A stretch of 64,000 bases of DNA from Asterias rubens (lineage: Eukaryota), in assembly GCF_902459465.1 (NCBI RefSeq), contig NC_047074.1:1240001-1304000 (forward strand), read 5' to 3'. Positions within the stretch are counted from its first letter, which is position 1, and every line of letters begins with the position of its first letter. The notes beneath the pieces are model-generated. The model was given only the letters and a program-made list of their open reading frames with translations, searched no databases and was not told the origin of the DNA. The position numbers and the translations under genes were made by a program. Of this stretch, positions 24,612 to 38,146 are shown piece by piece.

Positions 24612-26844
24612 AGCTTCCACAGCAATCAACTTAAGACACAGTTTCAAATTTCTCTCATACTTCACCGGTATTCTTATTTCATTTTCTGGTAGTATTATTA
24701 TGATTTTATTGTTTTCCCTGAGGCTAGCCCAGTCTTCTCCTCATATTCGTGGCCATATGTATTTGTTGTATTGTACAACATTTGAAACTATAGCTAACTG
24801 CCGGCGAGTGTTAAAGCATTGTCAAAGTTCTAATTCGCTTTAAAAAAATGTGTCAATACAATTTGTGGGTGGGGGTAAATGTATGGTGTGCTTTTCATGC
24901 ATGCACGGACCTCATTACTGTTAAACACAAAAACTAAAAACCCCGGGACCGATATGAAATGAAGATGACTTTAATCCCAGTGGTGGAGAGGCAAGCACGA
25001 AACTGTCTCTTACGCATGTTATTGGCAAACGTGTTCTCGTTTCGACTTCATTCATCGCTCGACGAGACTATGTTTTCAACTGTCGTGATTTAAACCAGTG
25101 TAGCGCTATTTTATGAAGTTGTGCCCCAGATTTTTTGCAACTTGACTTTTAAAGGGACGACAAGGTGTTGCTTGGGTGAACTCTTGTTTAAATTTTGTTA
25201 CACATAAAGCCCAGTGTAGTTTTGGTTTGCGGGTATGTAAAATATTAATGGCATCACCAAAACAATGTTCAGTACAATAGAAAAATCGAAGTAGTTAATT
25301 TCAATATCAAACATGCACGGTTTTAGTCAACCAGTTCCAGCAGTTGTGGAGGGTGGGTGATAGAGGGTTCCCCCTTTCGCCCCCCACGCCCAAATTTGTC
25401 TCCTCTCCATTCTCAACTAATTTTTAACCGGAAAGCCGAAATCTAATTCAACCCAAACAACTCTGGTGTACGTCCGTCATTGTTTCCAGCATTACAAAAT
25501 TGCTTTAAATATCAGGTTCTTGTCCCCTCCCACTCCACACCACCCCGCCCAGATTATTAAACAGGTCTGGTGCCACGGCTGCTGGCACTAGAGACCAATG
25601 TTAAGTAGCAAGCCAATACTGTCACTAGCTTTTGAAATGACTAAAGTTATGGCATTAACCTTTGCCGCGTCAGTGTCGACAAATACAATTAAGAGAGTTT
25701 TTTTCTTTCAATGTAGCTCTTAGGAGTATATCAATTTGAAGACTTTCGTCGAAGCTTTTCTTTCCTTTTAAAAAAGAAAGAACCCACATAAAACATAGAT
25801 AACTCTCAATCAAATTGAATTGTAAATTCATTCTCTCTTAATTTCTGGCTATAAGTTTTCTTTGGCACTAATGAGAAAGTTATGTAACAGTAGCTGTAAG
25901 TTTTCTTATTCAATGATCACTAAGTTCTCAAGGGGAACACGTGTCACGTTGTTACAATAATGAAAGTCAATGTCAGTGATAAAACAACTAAATCAATTTA
26001 TTCATTGGATGTATTTACTCCAGTTGAACCCGGTGCCCGTATCTGAGCCGTCACAAACGTGAACAAACTTCACTACAGCTCTCGAGTAAATTTATTTATG
26101 GTCTAACGAAGATTGCAGCACTTAGCGGCTGAGATTTTGGGTGATAAATCCCGCAATGGACAACCGCGCCAAAGAATAAGAAGACATTTGATGACGACGA
26201 ATCTAAATCGATCGCTTGATTGTATCGCAAGAAGTCTTGACAACCATGTACTCAGAGTCGATTTGTAAGAGAGGGAGAGGTTGAAAGAGAAAGGGGTTGT
26301 AAGAGGGTCCGATAAACGCCTCCAGGTATGACTAGAAGACATTGATAAGTCTTTTGGGTAAATGGAGTTGGAACTTACAGAGGGCCACTTTGATCTTCAC
26401 CGTTGATTAGTTCGGAGTGATCGACATTGATACCGCGACTCGGTACGTGATAGAAAAAGATCAACCGTTGGTATCATTTGCGCCAAGTTCAAAGGCACAA
26501 TTTGACGTCGAATAATAATCTGTATTAAGCTAAGTTTAATACATCCATACATCATAATTATTAGTATAACAATAACAGCTAACAAGCAGTGAACCAAGGG
26601 ACGAGATTACTAGGAAAGTAGTCAGTCAAGAAGTGTCATCGAGAATCTAGTTATATAGTTATGTAAAAGCCACACTGATACTGTTCGGTTAAACTAATGG
26701 GGAAACTGAGTAGGCCTAACCAGTCAGGGTTACACGTAAACTGTTACTAGCTAGTTGAAACAAACAGAAATAACCTAGATTGTCGAATGAGTACGGGTGT
26801 ATTGTACGTGAATAACAAATACTTGAATGATAAACAAGGCCTGG

Positions 26845-26991
26845 GGGTCGATTTCACAAAGAGTTAGAACTAATACTAACAAAGGACTAGTCTTAAAAGA
26901 TGTTAAAACCATACGGTTAGTCCCAAGTAAGGACGAATAACTAGTCCTAACTCCAGATAAGACTAGTCTTAACTCTTTGTGAAATCCACCC
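26845..26991. mobile_element. PIF/Harbinger-type MITE, same family
   Basis: gggtcgatttcacaaagag ... ctctttgtgaaatccaccc. Confidence 0.75.
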
Positions 26992-27313
26992 CAGCTCATT
27001 AAAGAACATGAAAAGGGAATTACTGAACATAAATACACAGTCTAACTAAAGACAATTATTTGAAGATTGAACAAACTAACTTATTGAAAAGTAATGCAGC
27101 TCTATTTAGTAGTTACAAATTGAAGAGAAGCGCTATAAACCGATGATCCCAATGCTGAGTTGACATTATCATTAGTTAGCATAACGTGAATAATTTTGTT
27201 CGTGTTGATTGCTTTCAGTTTTAAGACACTCAGGCTGTCATCAACAATTCATATCGTTGTTTTTTGATCGACAATAGAACTGCAAATAAAACAAACTGCG
27301 AACAAAACTGCTC

Positions 27314-27699
27314 TTAAAGGCAGTGGACACTATTGGTAATTGTCAAAGACTAGCCTTCGCAGTTGGTGTATCTCAAAATATGCATAAAATAACTAACCTG
27401 TGAAAATTTGAGCTCAATCGGTCATCGAAGTTGCGAGATAATAAAGAAAGAAAAAACACCCTTGTCACACGAAGTTGTGTGCGTTTAGATGGTTGATTTC
27501 GAGACCTCAAGTTCTAAACTTGAGGTCTCGAAATCAAATTCGTGGAAAATTACATCTATCTCGAAAACTACTCCACTTCAGAGGGAGCCGTTTCTCACAA
27601 TGTTTTATACTGCCAACCTCTCCCCATTACTCTTTACCAAGTGAGGTTTAATGCTAATAATTATTTTGAGTAATTACCAATAGTGTCCACTGCCTTTAA
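27314..27699. mobile_element. Kolobok-type MITE, complete near-consensus copy
   Basis: TTAA-AGGCAGTGGACACTATTGGTAATT ... AATTACCAATAGTGTCCACTGCCT-TTAA, perfect long TIRs. Confidence 0.88.
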
Positions 27700-28139
27700 G
27701 ACAGGCTTTCATCAACAATTCATATCGTTGTTTTTTGAGTAACAATAAAACTGCAAACAAAACTGCCCTTAAATATTTTAAAGATATTTATAAACACATG
27801 TTATTAAAGGATGATAATAATTGCAATGTTGTTTTCTTAGCAGATATGCCACCATTGTAATACCTCAAACCGATCGATCACTCAACACAGCCATTTTGTA
27901 GAAGAAAATGAAAATGACCTTCGCTTCCAAAATCGATGAGGCTTGTTTGTTGTAAAATTTAAAAATTACAAAAAGATACATAATAATAACCTTCGATTTT
28001 CAATGAAGGGGGCAAGTGATTTTGACAATCGTTCCGGAAGCAAAGGTCAAGGGCGTACGGTTGTATTATTATTGTTCAATAATAATAAAATATATAGGAA
28101 CAAGGGAATTTGTTATTCACAGATCTTGAGAAAGAATGA

Positions 28140-28700
28140 AGTATAATATCGGTGTTAGGTTGAACACCGCCACATAGGCCTAATATTCTTTATTCCCGAT
28201 GCAAATTTAACATAAAAAACCGTTGCGGTTCCCGCAGCTAAAATATAGGATTCCAACTACCTATAGCTACCGAGTAACATCAGTTGTTTAGTTCGTAAGA
28301 CATCTGCTAAAAATGTGTACGATTTGCAAAGTTAAATGTCTGTGTCTTTTTTCCCCCTGCATAACTCGGGACAGTACTGAGTATACAGTGCTTACACACA
28401 TCGGTGTAAGGTTTAAACCAAATAGTACTATGGATCCCTAATTAAATCCATTAAATTATTGCGGTACCCGCGGCTATTGCATAGGTTTTGGGCTGCCTCT
28501 AGCTACCGGTCAATCTCGGTGGTCTTATAGTACATAAAACATCTGCTGTAGAACTGACCGCAGAGTTCGTGGGTTCGAATCCCACCCGAGTACAATGCCT
28601 ATGAGTTTGTCACAAAATCGTATTCAGTATACAATGCTTACACACGTGTAAGTGTAAAAATGAAAGTGATATTCTATCCACGATGCAAATTTGACATCAA
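28140..28700 (+). mobile_element. Tandem run of about 3 tRNA-derived SINE units; solo tails at ~16310-16415 and ~46165-46272; head at ~36590-36640 (minus)
   Basis: B-box ggttcgaatccc at ~28582; repeated tail gtactgagtatacagtgc..acacatcggtgta...cgatgcaaattt. Confidence 0.6.
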
Positions 28701-29592
28701 TTTTAAAGGCAGATTCTAAAATGACGCATCTATATACGCCTCCTGATCGGTGGCTGACCCCATGAATGCTGTCTGAGAGTTTATTCCAATTAGTTTGAAG
28801 TACATTATCTTTAGTGAATGTGTCAACAACTACTACACCCAAGAACAATATAATTATGGGTCGGATAACAGCACCAAATGAAGATCACGTTTAACGTATG
28901 TGATAGTGAAGTCCACGGTAAGTGGTGCTGATGACATGTTCACGACAGTGGAATTGAGAGGGAGGGGGGGGGGGGTAACAGAAAGAGCAAAGCATTACAG
29001 AAACGTAAATAATAACAACAAATCAATGATATGTGATCAATAAGAATGTCATTAGCTAAATGGGTAGTTCTCACACAAATGTTCAGTCACGGTACACACT
29101 GATGTCAATTAGTGAGTTAATAAGAAAATAACAACAGTGACGCGTTAGTAATTTACACATTTTGAGGATGATGTTTCGGCAGAAATTAAGTTTTAGAGGG
29201 TGTTCGACCCTTACAAGAAACCGCAGCCTTAGATTGAACCTTAATTGGTTTAAAAACCAGCACTTAGTTCATGCTGAAGCCCCCTTTGTAGTGTTTACAA
29301 TGTAATTTCTGCAAAGTCTGCTACGACATTGAAATTAATTGAAATAACTGTTATCAAATGTTTCTTTTAATAATAAGATATACAAGGGAACATACGTGTG
29401 TGCACCCCCCCCCCCCCTCAACACCAGCAACCATTGGTTATATAATGAGATAACTTGATCATGTTGTGCTCTCTAAATGCAAAAGAGTTAAAGCACTCTT
29501 TGAAGAGCCATAATTATGAGGGACAACTCTTTTTCGAGTGGTATTCCAATCTTTTGGATTGAAGTTTGCATCTTTTGGAGTGATTTGTTCAC

Positions 29593-29964
29593 TAATTACT
29601 CAAAATAATTATGAGCATATAACCTTACTTGGAAACGAGTAATGAGGAGCTGTTGATAGTATAAAACATTGTGAAAAACAGCTCCCTAGCCCTCTGAAGT
29701 AACATAGTGTTCGAGAAAGAAGTAATTTCCACGAATGAGATTTCGAGACCTCAGATTTATAATTTGAGGTCTCGAAATCAAGCATCTGAAAGCACACAAC
29801 TTCGTCTGACAAGGGTGTTTTTTCTTTCATTATTATCTCACAACTTCGACGACCAATTGAGCTCAAATTTTCACAGGTTTGTTATTTTTTTGCGCATATG
29901 TTGAGATACCCCAAGTGAGAAGACCGGTCTTTGACAATTACCAATAGTGTCCAGTGTATTTTAA
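29593..29964. mobile_element. Kolobok-type MITE
   Basis: Internal consensus and right TIR present; left TIR decayed. Confidence 0.75.
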
Positions 29965-31693
29965 AGACTATAACTAACTACATAAAAAGAATCTACGAGC
30001 ATTCCATCAGATGCATTCAGATTACAGGTATAGTAACAGTTACAAATCATACTAAATATAACAAAGAAAAACATGATAGTAAAATTTGACAATGTACTCT
30101 GTGTGTAATACGGGAAATTGATTTTTATACACAAAATATTAAATCATCTGATATGAAGCGAATGGCTATCGACGTCAACAAAAGGTAATACAACAAATAA
30201 AAACATCAATACATAAAAATGTCAAAACGAAAATGAATGTGCTCTTTGAAAGGTCGCGCTTTTTAGATCTTTATGCGGCAATGATACTGAACTACAGCTT
30301 TGGTCAGAGTACAGCGTATGCACTTTGCGTTCGACAGGGTGTGTTTTATCATCATGGCACTTTAAACAAAAATGACAGTTCCGTGGCAAATGATCAAAAT
30401 AAACAGCGATTTTTTCGATTGAAATACTAGCTTAGGGAAATCAAATGGCGAATATTAATAGTGGAGCGCTGTGTGTGATCGTGTTGTGTGCAAAGTAAGA
30501 TTGGATTTGTGAGAATTTGAAATGATTTCTTTCTTGACATTTGGTTGTATGATTGTGTGATTTAAGGAGGTCTTTGTTGATTGGCTGCATGTGCTTTCCA
30601 TACAGAGAGACAGCGCATAGGCTAATACTCGGACGCCAACGGGAAAAAAAAATCATGAAATATTTTGTTGTTTTTTATCTTCTTCTTCTTGTTCGTCTTC
30701 TTCTTACACACGCATGAAGCCTTTTCACAGTTTGGTGGCAGCAGTGTGATTTATTTCAACGCAGCAACAAACACAAGTTTACCATATGACTCTTTAGTGT
30801 ATTGCACCTTTATTGTGATGTATTTATTCGAAACAGCGAACACTGCGGCATATAATTTTGACTAAGATGCATCAATTTCTTTAAAAATTAAATCTAGTCA
30901 TAAAAAGCACAACAGCCGAGTGACAAACAAACAAACAAACACCTCAACAGCCCATACATCTGCAGATCATCTGCAGATGTCACTGATTGTTTTCGCATAA
31001 AAAAAATCGTTTACCAGTAAATGCATATTCCCATAAACTTAAAAACTTGAAGTGTGTTTACAAATCAAACTTATAACTCGATTTCACAAAGCACACAGAT
31101 CTATATAAGGGTGAGTTGTCAGTTTCACTATAGCGATTCGAATGGCGACATTACACTTTGATTAGCAATTAAAATTGATGTAAAACATAAGATCGATTTC
31201 AGCTCTTCTTGAAGTCGAGCCCGGGGATAGGCAACGGAAGCAGTGATTGGCATTCCAACACCGTCATGAAAAGGGGGAGTATTAAACTGATTCCACTGAC
31301 ATGCAACGTTGGTTGATATTGTGAATATATACCTTGGAGAGCCTAAGCCCTTTTCGTTCTGAACTCTTGGGTAATTTTCCTCAATCATTCCGCGAGCGTT
31401 CAGCTTGCCTCTGTGCCTTGCCGAAATCATTTACACCGGCTAACTAATTAGGAATACCGTCCCCAGGTGTTGGCAAAATGGGTTAAGTACAGTGTGCCTC
31501 CAGACTAGATTCAACAGAACGAGGTTACGTTTACGCCAATCTAAAGGAATTCTATAATATTTCAAAACCGCTCGTCCGTTAAATGATACCTGTGATCAAA
31601 AAATATATAGTTGTTAAACCTTGGAAACAATTGTTTTTTTAACTAGAGAATGATATTGTTAAAGTTGTTCTGAAAAGGTGAACAAATTTAACC

Positions 31694-32057
31694 AAAGGCA
31701 CTGGATACCTTCGGTATTGTCAAATATGAGTATTCTCACCTGGTGTTATGCCAACGAAACAGAACATGCCTGTGCAAAGTTAAACTCAATTGGGCATCAA
31801 AGTTGCGAGAGAATAAAATGAAAGAAAAAACACTATTGTTGCACAAATTTGTGTGCTTTCAGTTGCTAAGAAAGGCTTTAGGCCTGAAGTATTTTTTAAG
31901 CGACAAAATTATCTCTTTCTCAAAACTATGTTTCTTCAGAGGGAGCCGTTTCTCACACCGTGTTATACTAGTATCAGCAGCTCTCTATTGCTTGTTACAA
32001 AGTAAGTTATAATGCTAACAATTATTTTGAGTAGTTCATAGTGTCACGTGCCTTTAA
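31694..32057. mobile_element. Kolobok-type MITE (palindrome variant)
   Basis: aaaggcactggatacc ... aaaggctttaggcctgaag ... gtgcct-TTAA. Confidence 0.7.
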
Positions 32058-32680
32058 CTAATACCTGATACACTGAAGGTACAATAATTTCACGGGCGGT
32101 ATCTGGGTTGGCTCTAAACAGCAACCAACCATAAATAATCATGTATCAATTAAGGAGGATAACACTCTGATAAAAAAACAAGATAAACCGTTTTTACTTG
32201 AGGGAGGTTCGATTGCTAGCAATCTTGTTACTGCCTTATGTGGGACCGCTACGATGATGCTTAATGGGTTTGCCCTACGGGCATCAGAATTAAAGGAAGG
32301 GGAAATATATTTCTACGGTTGACTGTCTTTACCTGACATCGCTGAGAAGTGTCACTTAGTGCAATAACGATTACCCCGCCCGTGATACGTTTACTTAAAA
32401 TTACAAACCGTCAGATAGAAATTATGAAATAATTATTGTTAGTGAAGATTGTATTTCCTAACAATTGTTACATCGAAGCTTTGTCTATGTGGTGTTATGT
32501 TTATATATTAACATGATATTATCAAACTCTATTCTTCATTATTTTTAAAGTTATTGTTACTTTTGATTGTTTGTATTATTTATTTACTTATCTTTCTTTC
32601 ATTGAAGTTTTCTGGCTTGTAAACAGTGCACTGGTGGGGGCCAATTGATAAAAACCACATCCCAGTTTGTAGATAATGCT

Positions 32681-33067
32681 AGGCAGTGGACACTATTGGT
32701 AATTACTCAAAATAATTATTAGCATAAAACCTTACTTGGTAACGAGTAATGAGGAGAGGTTGATAGTATAAAATATTGTGAGAAACGGCTCTCTCTGTAG
32801 TGACGTAGTTTTCAAGAAAGAAGTAATTTTCCACGAATTTCATTTCGATACCTCAGATTTAGAACTTGAGGTCTCGAAATCAACCATCTAAACACACACA
32901 CCTTCGTGTGACAAGGGTGTTTTTTTTTTTCTTTCATTCATATCTCGCAAGTTCGATGACCGATTGAGCTTAAATTTTCACAGGTTCATTACTTTATGCA
33001 TATGTTGAGATACACCAACTGTGTAGGCTAGTCTTTGACAATTGCCAATAGTGTCCACGGCCTTTAA
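32681..33067. mobile_element. Kolobok-type MITE
   Basis: AGGCAGTGGACACTATTGGTAATT ... aatagtgtccacggcct-TTAA. Confidence 0.8.
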
Positions 33068-33411
33068 GCGGATTGTCCTCTTTACTTGATAACAAATTTA
33101 CGTATATCGTGAGATGTGATTGTAACTAATCCTGCAAGATGCTGTTACACAAACAGTCACTCATAATTACACAAGATCCTCACCACGCTTACACTTCCAC
33201 AGACTAACTCAAGTGAACACAAACAACAAGGAAGAGTCATACGTTGTCATCACAGTTCCTTACCAAATGATTAATAATGTTTAGGAACAAGTGCCGCTGT
33301 ACAAGGCTGTTTGACAATTGTTTATATGTATTTCATATTCAGAACCAAAACCAACAACCTGAAATCCGAAATACATGCACACTTTTGCAAGATGATGTTT
33401 ATTCTTAGTGA

Positions 33412-33808
33412 TTAAAGGGGTTGTATACTTTTGGTAATTGGAACTCAATAATGGTTTTACTCATAAAGTGTTTTAGACAATAGTATACCATAAAACTAAC
33501 CTGTGGACATTTTATGTCAAAGGGTGGTAGCGGTTTTGAGATATTGCCGTAAATCTGGACCTCAACGCAGGAATAGTTCTCGATAATAAGTATACACTAT
33601 CTGAGAAGCATAACCGCGGTAACGCTTCTTACATTCAAATGTTAGGGGATAAAACTGATACATGTGGTCCAATACTGCAATAGGCCTATTTTGAAGTAAA
33701 GTTTTGTTAAAAAACGCATGAAAATATCCAAAGCTCGAACTTCATACAACCTAAGTTTCTTTTGGCCTTAATTTTCAGAGTAATTTCCAAACGAAACAGA
33801 CCCTTTAA
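33412..33808. mobile_element. Kolobok-type MITE, another family
   Basis: TTAA-AGGGG ... CCCT-TTAA ends; internal aacctgtggacatttt block similar to the main family. Confidence 0.5.
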
Positions 33809-35648
33809 CAACTTATAAAATGCTTTTTAACAAATTTAAACCAAACCATCGAAGCGTAATAGACAATCTTGTTAATTTGTTCATCTTCTTCTACCCGGAT
33901 CTTCCGTGTCGCTCCGGGTAGGTCCTTCAATCAAGCACGGCGTAATTTCTCAGAGGGGAACGGCGGAACGTTTAACGGGGACGGATATTTGTGGTTTAGG
34001 CCGCTATTTGGCTATTGGGCACGACCCCTCCGACACCTCCCTGGACCCTTGGGTTAACATTTTGTAGTTTGTTATAAATATGAATATAGAGAATTATTTC
34101 AATAATACGTTACTCACAAGTGGTTCTACATGAAATATCAACGTACATATTAAAACCTGTGTGAAAAGCTGTCGTTGCGAACAATAACTGAAGTCATGTA
34201 TACTAACATGACTAACAAATAAATTATTGTTGCATCAAGTGTGTTAATACATTAGCTAAAGCTTAAAAAAATTGCTGTTGATGTATTTGATTTAAGAGAG
34301 TTATAGCAGCTTCAATATTGCTTTAAAATATCATTTATGTTGATCTTATGTTAGGTATACACTTCACACAAACTGTGTTGAAATTGACACCAATAATGAT
34401 GTATCTAAGTGATGAAATACCTAAGTGAGAGAATCAAAAGTAAAAACATATGGTGTTAAAATAACCCAAGTATATCTTTGGCGGATTTATAAAACCAGCA
34501 ACTGCATCATTATGGTGTCATTTAGCCTTTAAACGCTTTCGGGTCTCATTGTCAATTGCATTCTTAAGTAAACCAATGCATATTTATGTTACCTACACTC
34601 AAACCAACATGCATACAGTGAAATGTAATCACATTATTCAAGTTTCTAATCGCAACTCGAATCGAGCTCCCTAACGCTGACCAGTCAAGTTGATCTTTTA
34701 ATTCTGATTTATGTGTGGACCAGAACCTGCCACTTACAGACGGCATCGATATCAATAGCTCCAAGGAAAACAACAAAAACACAAATGAATAAACATTGAG
34801 TCAACTGATCTTACGATTCTAAAAGACCGTGGGTGAAATTTCAAGAAGCGCAATCTCAGCTTTTGAGAAAACACAGTTGGCAAGAAAGTAGGCAGATTCG
34901 TTTCGAATCAAGTCATTCGGTCTCTGTCAACCGTGTAAGATTAAAAGCATGCAGATTGAATCGGGACCACGTTGCTATTCTCTCGTATTTCACATTAGTT
35001 CTTCGTTAAAACATGATAAATCTAGTGGAAGACGTGTTACTCTATATAAAGCACTGCTTTTTTTCTCTCTCTCTTGTTTTCTCTTTTGTTTTCTCTTTTT
35101 TTTCAAAGCAGCGATAGCCATGAATAAAATGTCTGTCCGTGTAAATTCATCCAGTGTCACAGAGTGAGACCGACTCCACTCAAATCGCTTCACGCGCTGT
35201 CTGGCTAAGCAAACGCCGCGGGGCAAATTTATAGCTTTTAAAAATAAGAGTAAAAATACATTGTACTTAACGATTTCTTTATTATTATTTAAAAAAGAAA
35301 TCCTGTTTTTGTTGTTATTACCTTGATGTGTGTATGCGTATGCAACTCGTGTGAAAATAAATGAGGGTAACTATTAAGTCCTCACACGTGACTGGTTTAA
35401 GTGATCACGTGATTGGATACGTTGTTGACATAATAAAAAAAGGTCGTCGAATTTATGCATAACTGTTTCTTGGTCTCAAGTTGAAAGGGTAAATACGGTT
35501 CGGCGGCCTCATCAGACTTCAGGTTTTTTGTGAAGTTTCTAAAGACACCGACACACATGCAGATTGAGCAGTATATCTCATCTATCAAAATGAACTAACT
35601 GTATAAGAATATTATGTTTCAAGTGTATAAAACCTAGTAATGGAGATG

Positions 35649-35687
35649 GCCATAGCTTTCGATCCGAACCGGACCTTCGTCGGCGGC
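35649..35687 (-). ncRNA. Degenerate minimal hammerhead (AGCT helix-III subfamily)
   Basis: Minus strand: GCCG-CCGACGA-A-GGTCC-ggttc-GGATC-GAAA-GC-TA-TGGC; one core change (U4 to C). Confidence 0.55.
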
Positions 35688-36757
35688 ATAACAACAAATT
35701 GATTTGGTATCAGTTATTTTGGCTGAAGTATTAATGACCGAGTATGAACGGAAGACAAAATTGCAATATTAATAATGACAAAAAATAAGCAAGTAATAGA
35801 ACAAATTAGGAATCAAAAGATACAAGTGCACCAGGTAAAACTCAATCCCCTCTATTTTCGGCACTGCCTCGATTCTTGGTCAAGGTATATGAAGATAACA
35901 CAAAATAAACTTTAGGAAATATAATTAGCAATTTTACACTGCTATCTTACAAAAAGGACCTACGGTATAAGTGAAAACAAAATGGTTGACGTCTCAACCT
36001 TTCTATATCATCTCAAACATTACGAAAACATGTATAATTCGTAGTGATATGAAGGTATGCCTCGTCCTAATTCTGCACTCAAAACAATCCCTGACAGTCT
36101 TAATTAAATAATTGATAATTTCCGATGAGCATCACGGTTTATTGCTTTAAGTTGTCAATTAGTAGACAATCGCCAGCTCAATCATTCATGTTTTCATATC
36201 AACTGTTTAGGGTATAACAAGTAGATTGATTGCAAGCTTGACTTCGATATTTGTTCATCACTGTCAAATTCTCTGGAGAAATTCAGAAGGAATTGACATT
36301 CTTTGACGTCTTGTCAGACGGTAATGATTTCGCTCTCTGATTTAATCTCTGCCCACAGTGATTTAATTAATTAAGCTGATGGCTGCAATGCTCGGGTAAA
36401 TTTAACGATTTTGGGGATGTTAATGTCAATTTTGGAAGGGCTGTCAGTTCCAGTTGAATGAAAGGCTTTATTAATTGCATCAGAGACAAAGAATGTTTGG
36501 TTTTAACATTAAACTAATATCTATCAATAACACTGTATACAACAAGCTTGTCAGTATAAAGTCATGTTGTTATGACTAAAGAACGGTGTAATTGATTGGG
36601 ATTCGAACCCGCGACATTTGCGGATTTTGTGCTCGAAGCTGACAGTAACAAATCTTCGGTTTTGCATTGATGCGCGACAACAATGCTACTGTCCTGTTAT
36701 TTGCAGTGGTGTCAAAATAGTAGGCCCATAATTAATATTTAAATTAGTAGGGGGATA

Positions 36758-36796
36758 GCCCTAGCTTTCGTTCCAAACTGGACCTTCGCCAGAGGC
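36758..36796 (-). ncRNA. Degenerate minimal hammerhead (AGCT helix-III subfamily)
   Basis: Minus strand: GCCT-CTGGCGA-A-GGTCC-agttt-GGAAC-GAAA-GC-TA-GGGC; one core change (A6 to G) and one stem II mismatch. Confidence 0.55.
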
Positions 36797-38146
36797 ATAA
36801 ACAAGTACAAGCAAACACATATCCATAGTACGAAGATAAAAAGGCTCTGCCGTACAATGATTATATTTTATGATATTTTTGTGCTCAATGTATGTTTCGT
36901 CTAAATGTAGACAAAATATGGAAATCAAGTTTCAAACAACCTGACGCGAGGTTAAACAAACTAGAGCTATTATGTTTAATTGAACAAACTGTATACGAGT
37001 TTTAGTTGTTGTGGTTCAGAAGCAGTTACCTAAAGTGCCCATTCCATTTTGAAAGTCCAGTCCTACAAAACCTTTTTTTTTAGCAATGTGTGCCAAACCA
37101 ACGCAAAGCGCAACCGGTACTGGTCGTCGGTCACTAAATTGTTCTTTGCAATGCTTGACGCATATAGTGCCAGCAACACCAAGCTTTATATCGGGTGATT
37201 AATGATGTTTAATTGCGATGCCATGATTGCCCCAGATACACAAATGGCGCAAACACAGAATAAAAAAAAAACTCTTCCGCAAACATTTTAGGACATACGA
37301 GGCTGACACGTATACTCAAAGCCCCCCCCCCCCTCTCCGGGTCGTCTCAACAAGTAGCCATTACAGGAGTTTATGGTTGAAGTTTGTTCCCTTCCCGTCC
37401 AGTAAAGAGGGATCCTGTTGTCATACACACGTTTCGTCATCAAGGGGGGTAGTATGTCTTCATACGGGCGCAAAGACGTAGCACAGCGGGCCTCGTCGCA
37501 CGTTACAAGTGGTGTCCTCCGACTGTTTGCTCTTTCACCGACCCTCGCCTCGACGGCAGTGCATTTTAGCTGTTAGCGCGTCAAGAGCAGACACTACAAA
37601 AGGCTTTTAAAGAAATTGATAAGAAACAAAATGAGACAGAGGAGGAAAACAAGGACAGGGAGACATCTCGGTTAGCTCTGGCCATTTCGATAAATTAGAA
37701 CCCAGGTAGTCCGTATTTGGTGAAGAATTCGTCTGACGCAGCCGTTCAATTACGACAGGCACGTCAGATGCTGTCGCCAGGGTTTGGTTATAAACCAAAA
37801 CCAAACGTGGTCGTTCGTGTTTCTGCTACACCTTTGCGTTCACCAGAAGGGGGGTGAACGGTTTTGAATTTCATGGAAGCCTATTTCTTTCTTCTTTATG
37901 TTGGTGATAGATTTAGTTATCAAACCAGCGGTTGCGCTTGAGGCGTCCATCATCACCACAGCCAATTCATGGTACAGATTGAGGGCATGGCACCTGTCTA
38001 ATCACAGTTAGTCCATACACGGAAAATCGTGTTTGGTGCCTAATGATAAATATCACTCCACCAGAGTGCTCACCAAGAGCAATAGCTTCCCTCGATTGTA
38101 AGTGATGACAAATCATAATCTTCCATAACTCAATTATTGGTCTGTG

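Noticed and set aside
28555-28610. Possible tRNA genes (B-boxes at ~2850, ~28582, ~41260, ~49792, ~58315, ~62166)
   Set aside because: None forms a complete cloverleaf; all continue into SINE bodies.
29493-29510. cactctttgaagagcc resembling a histone stem-loop
   Set aside because: Stem base and loop do not fit the consensus and there is no family context.
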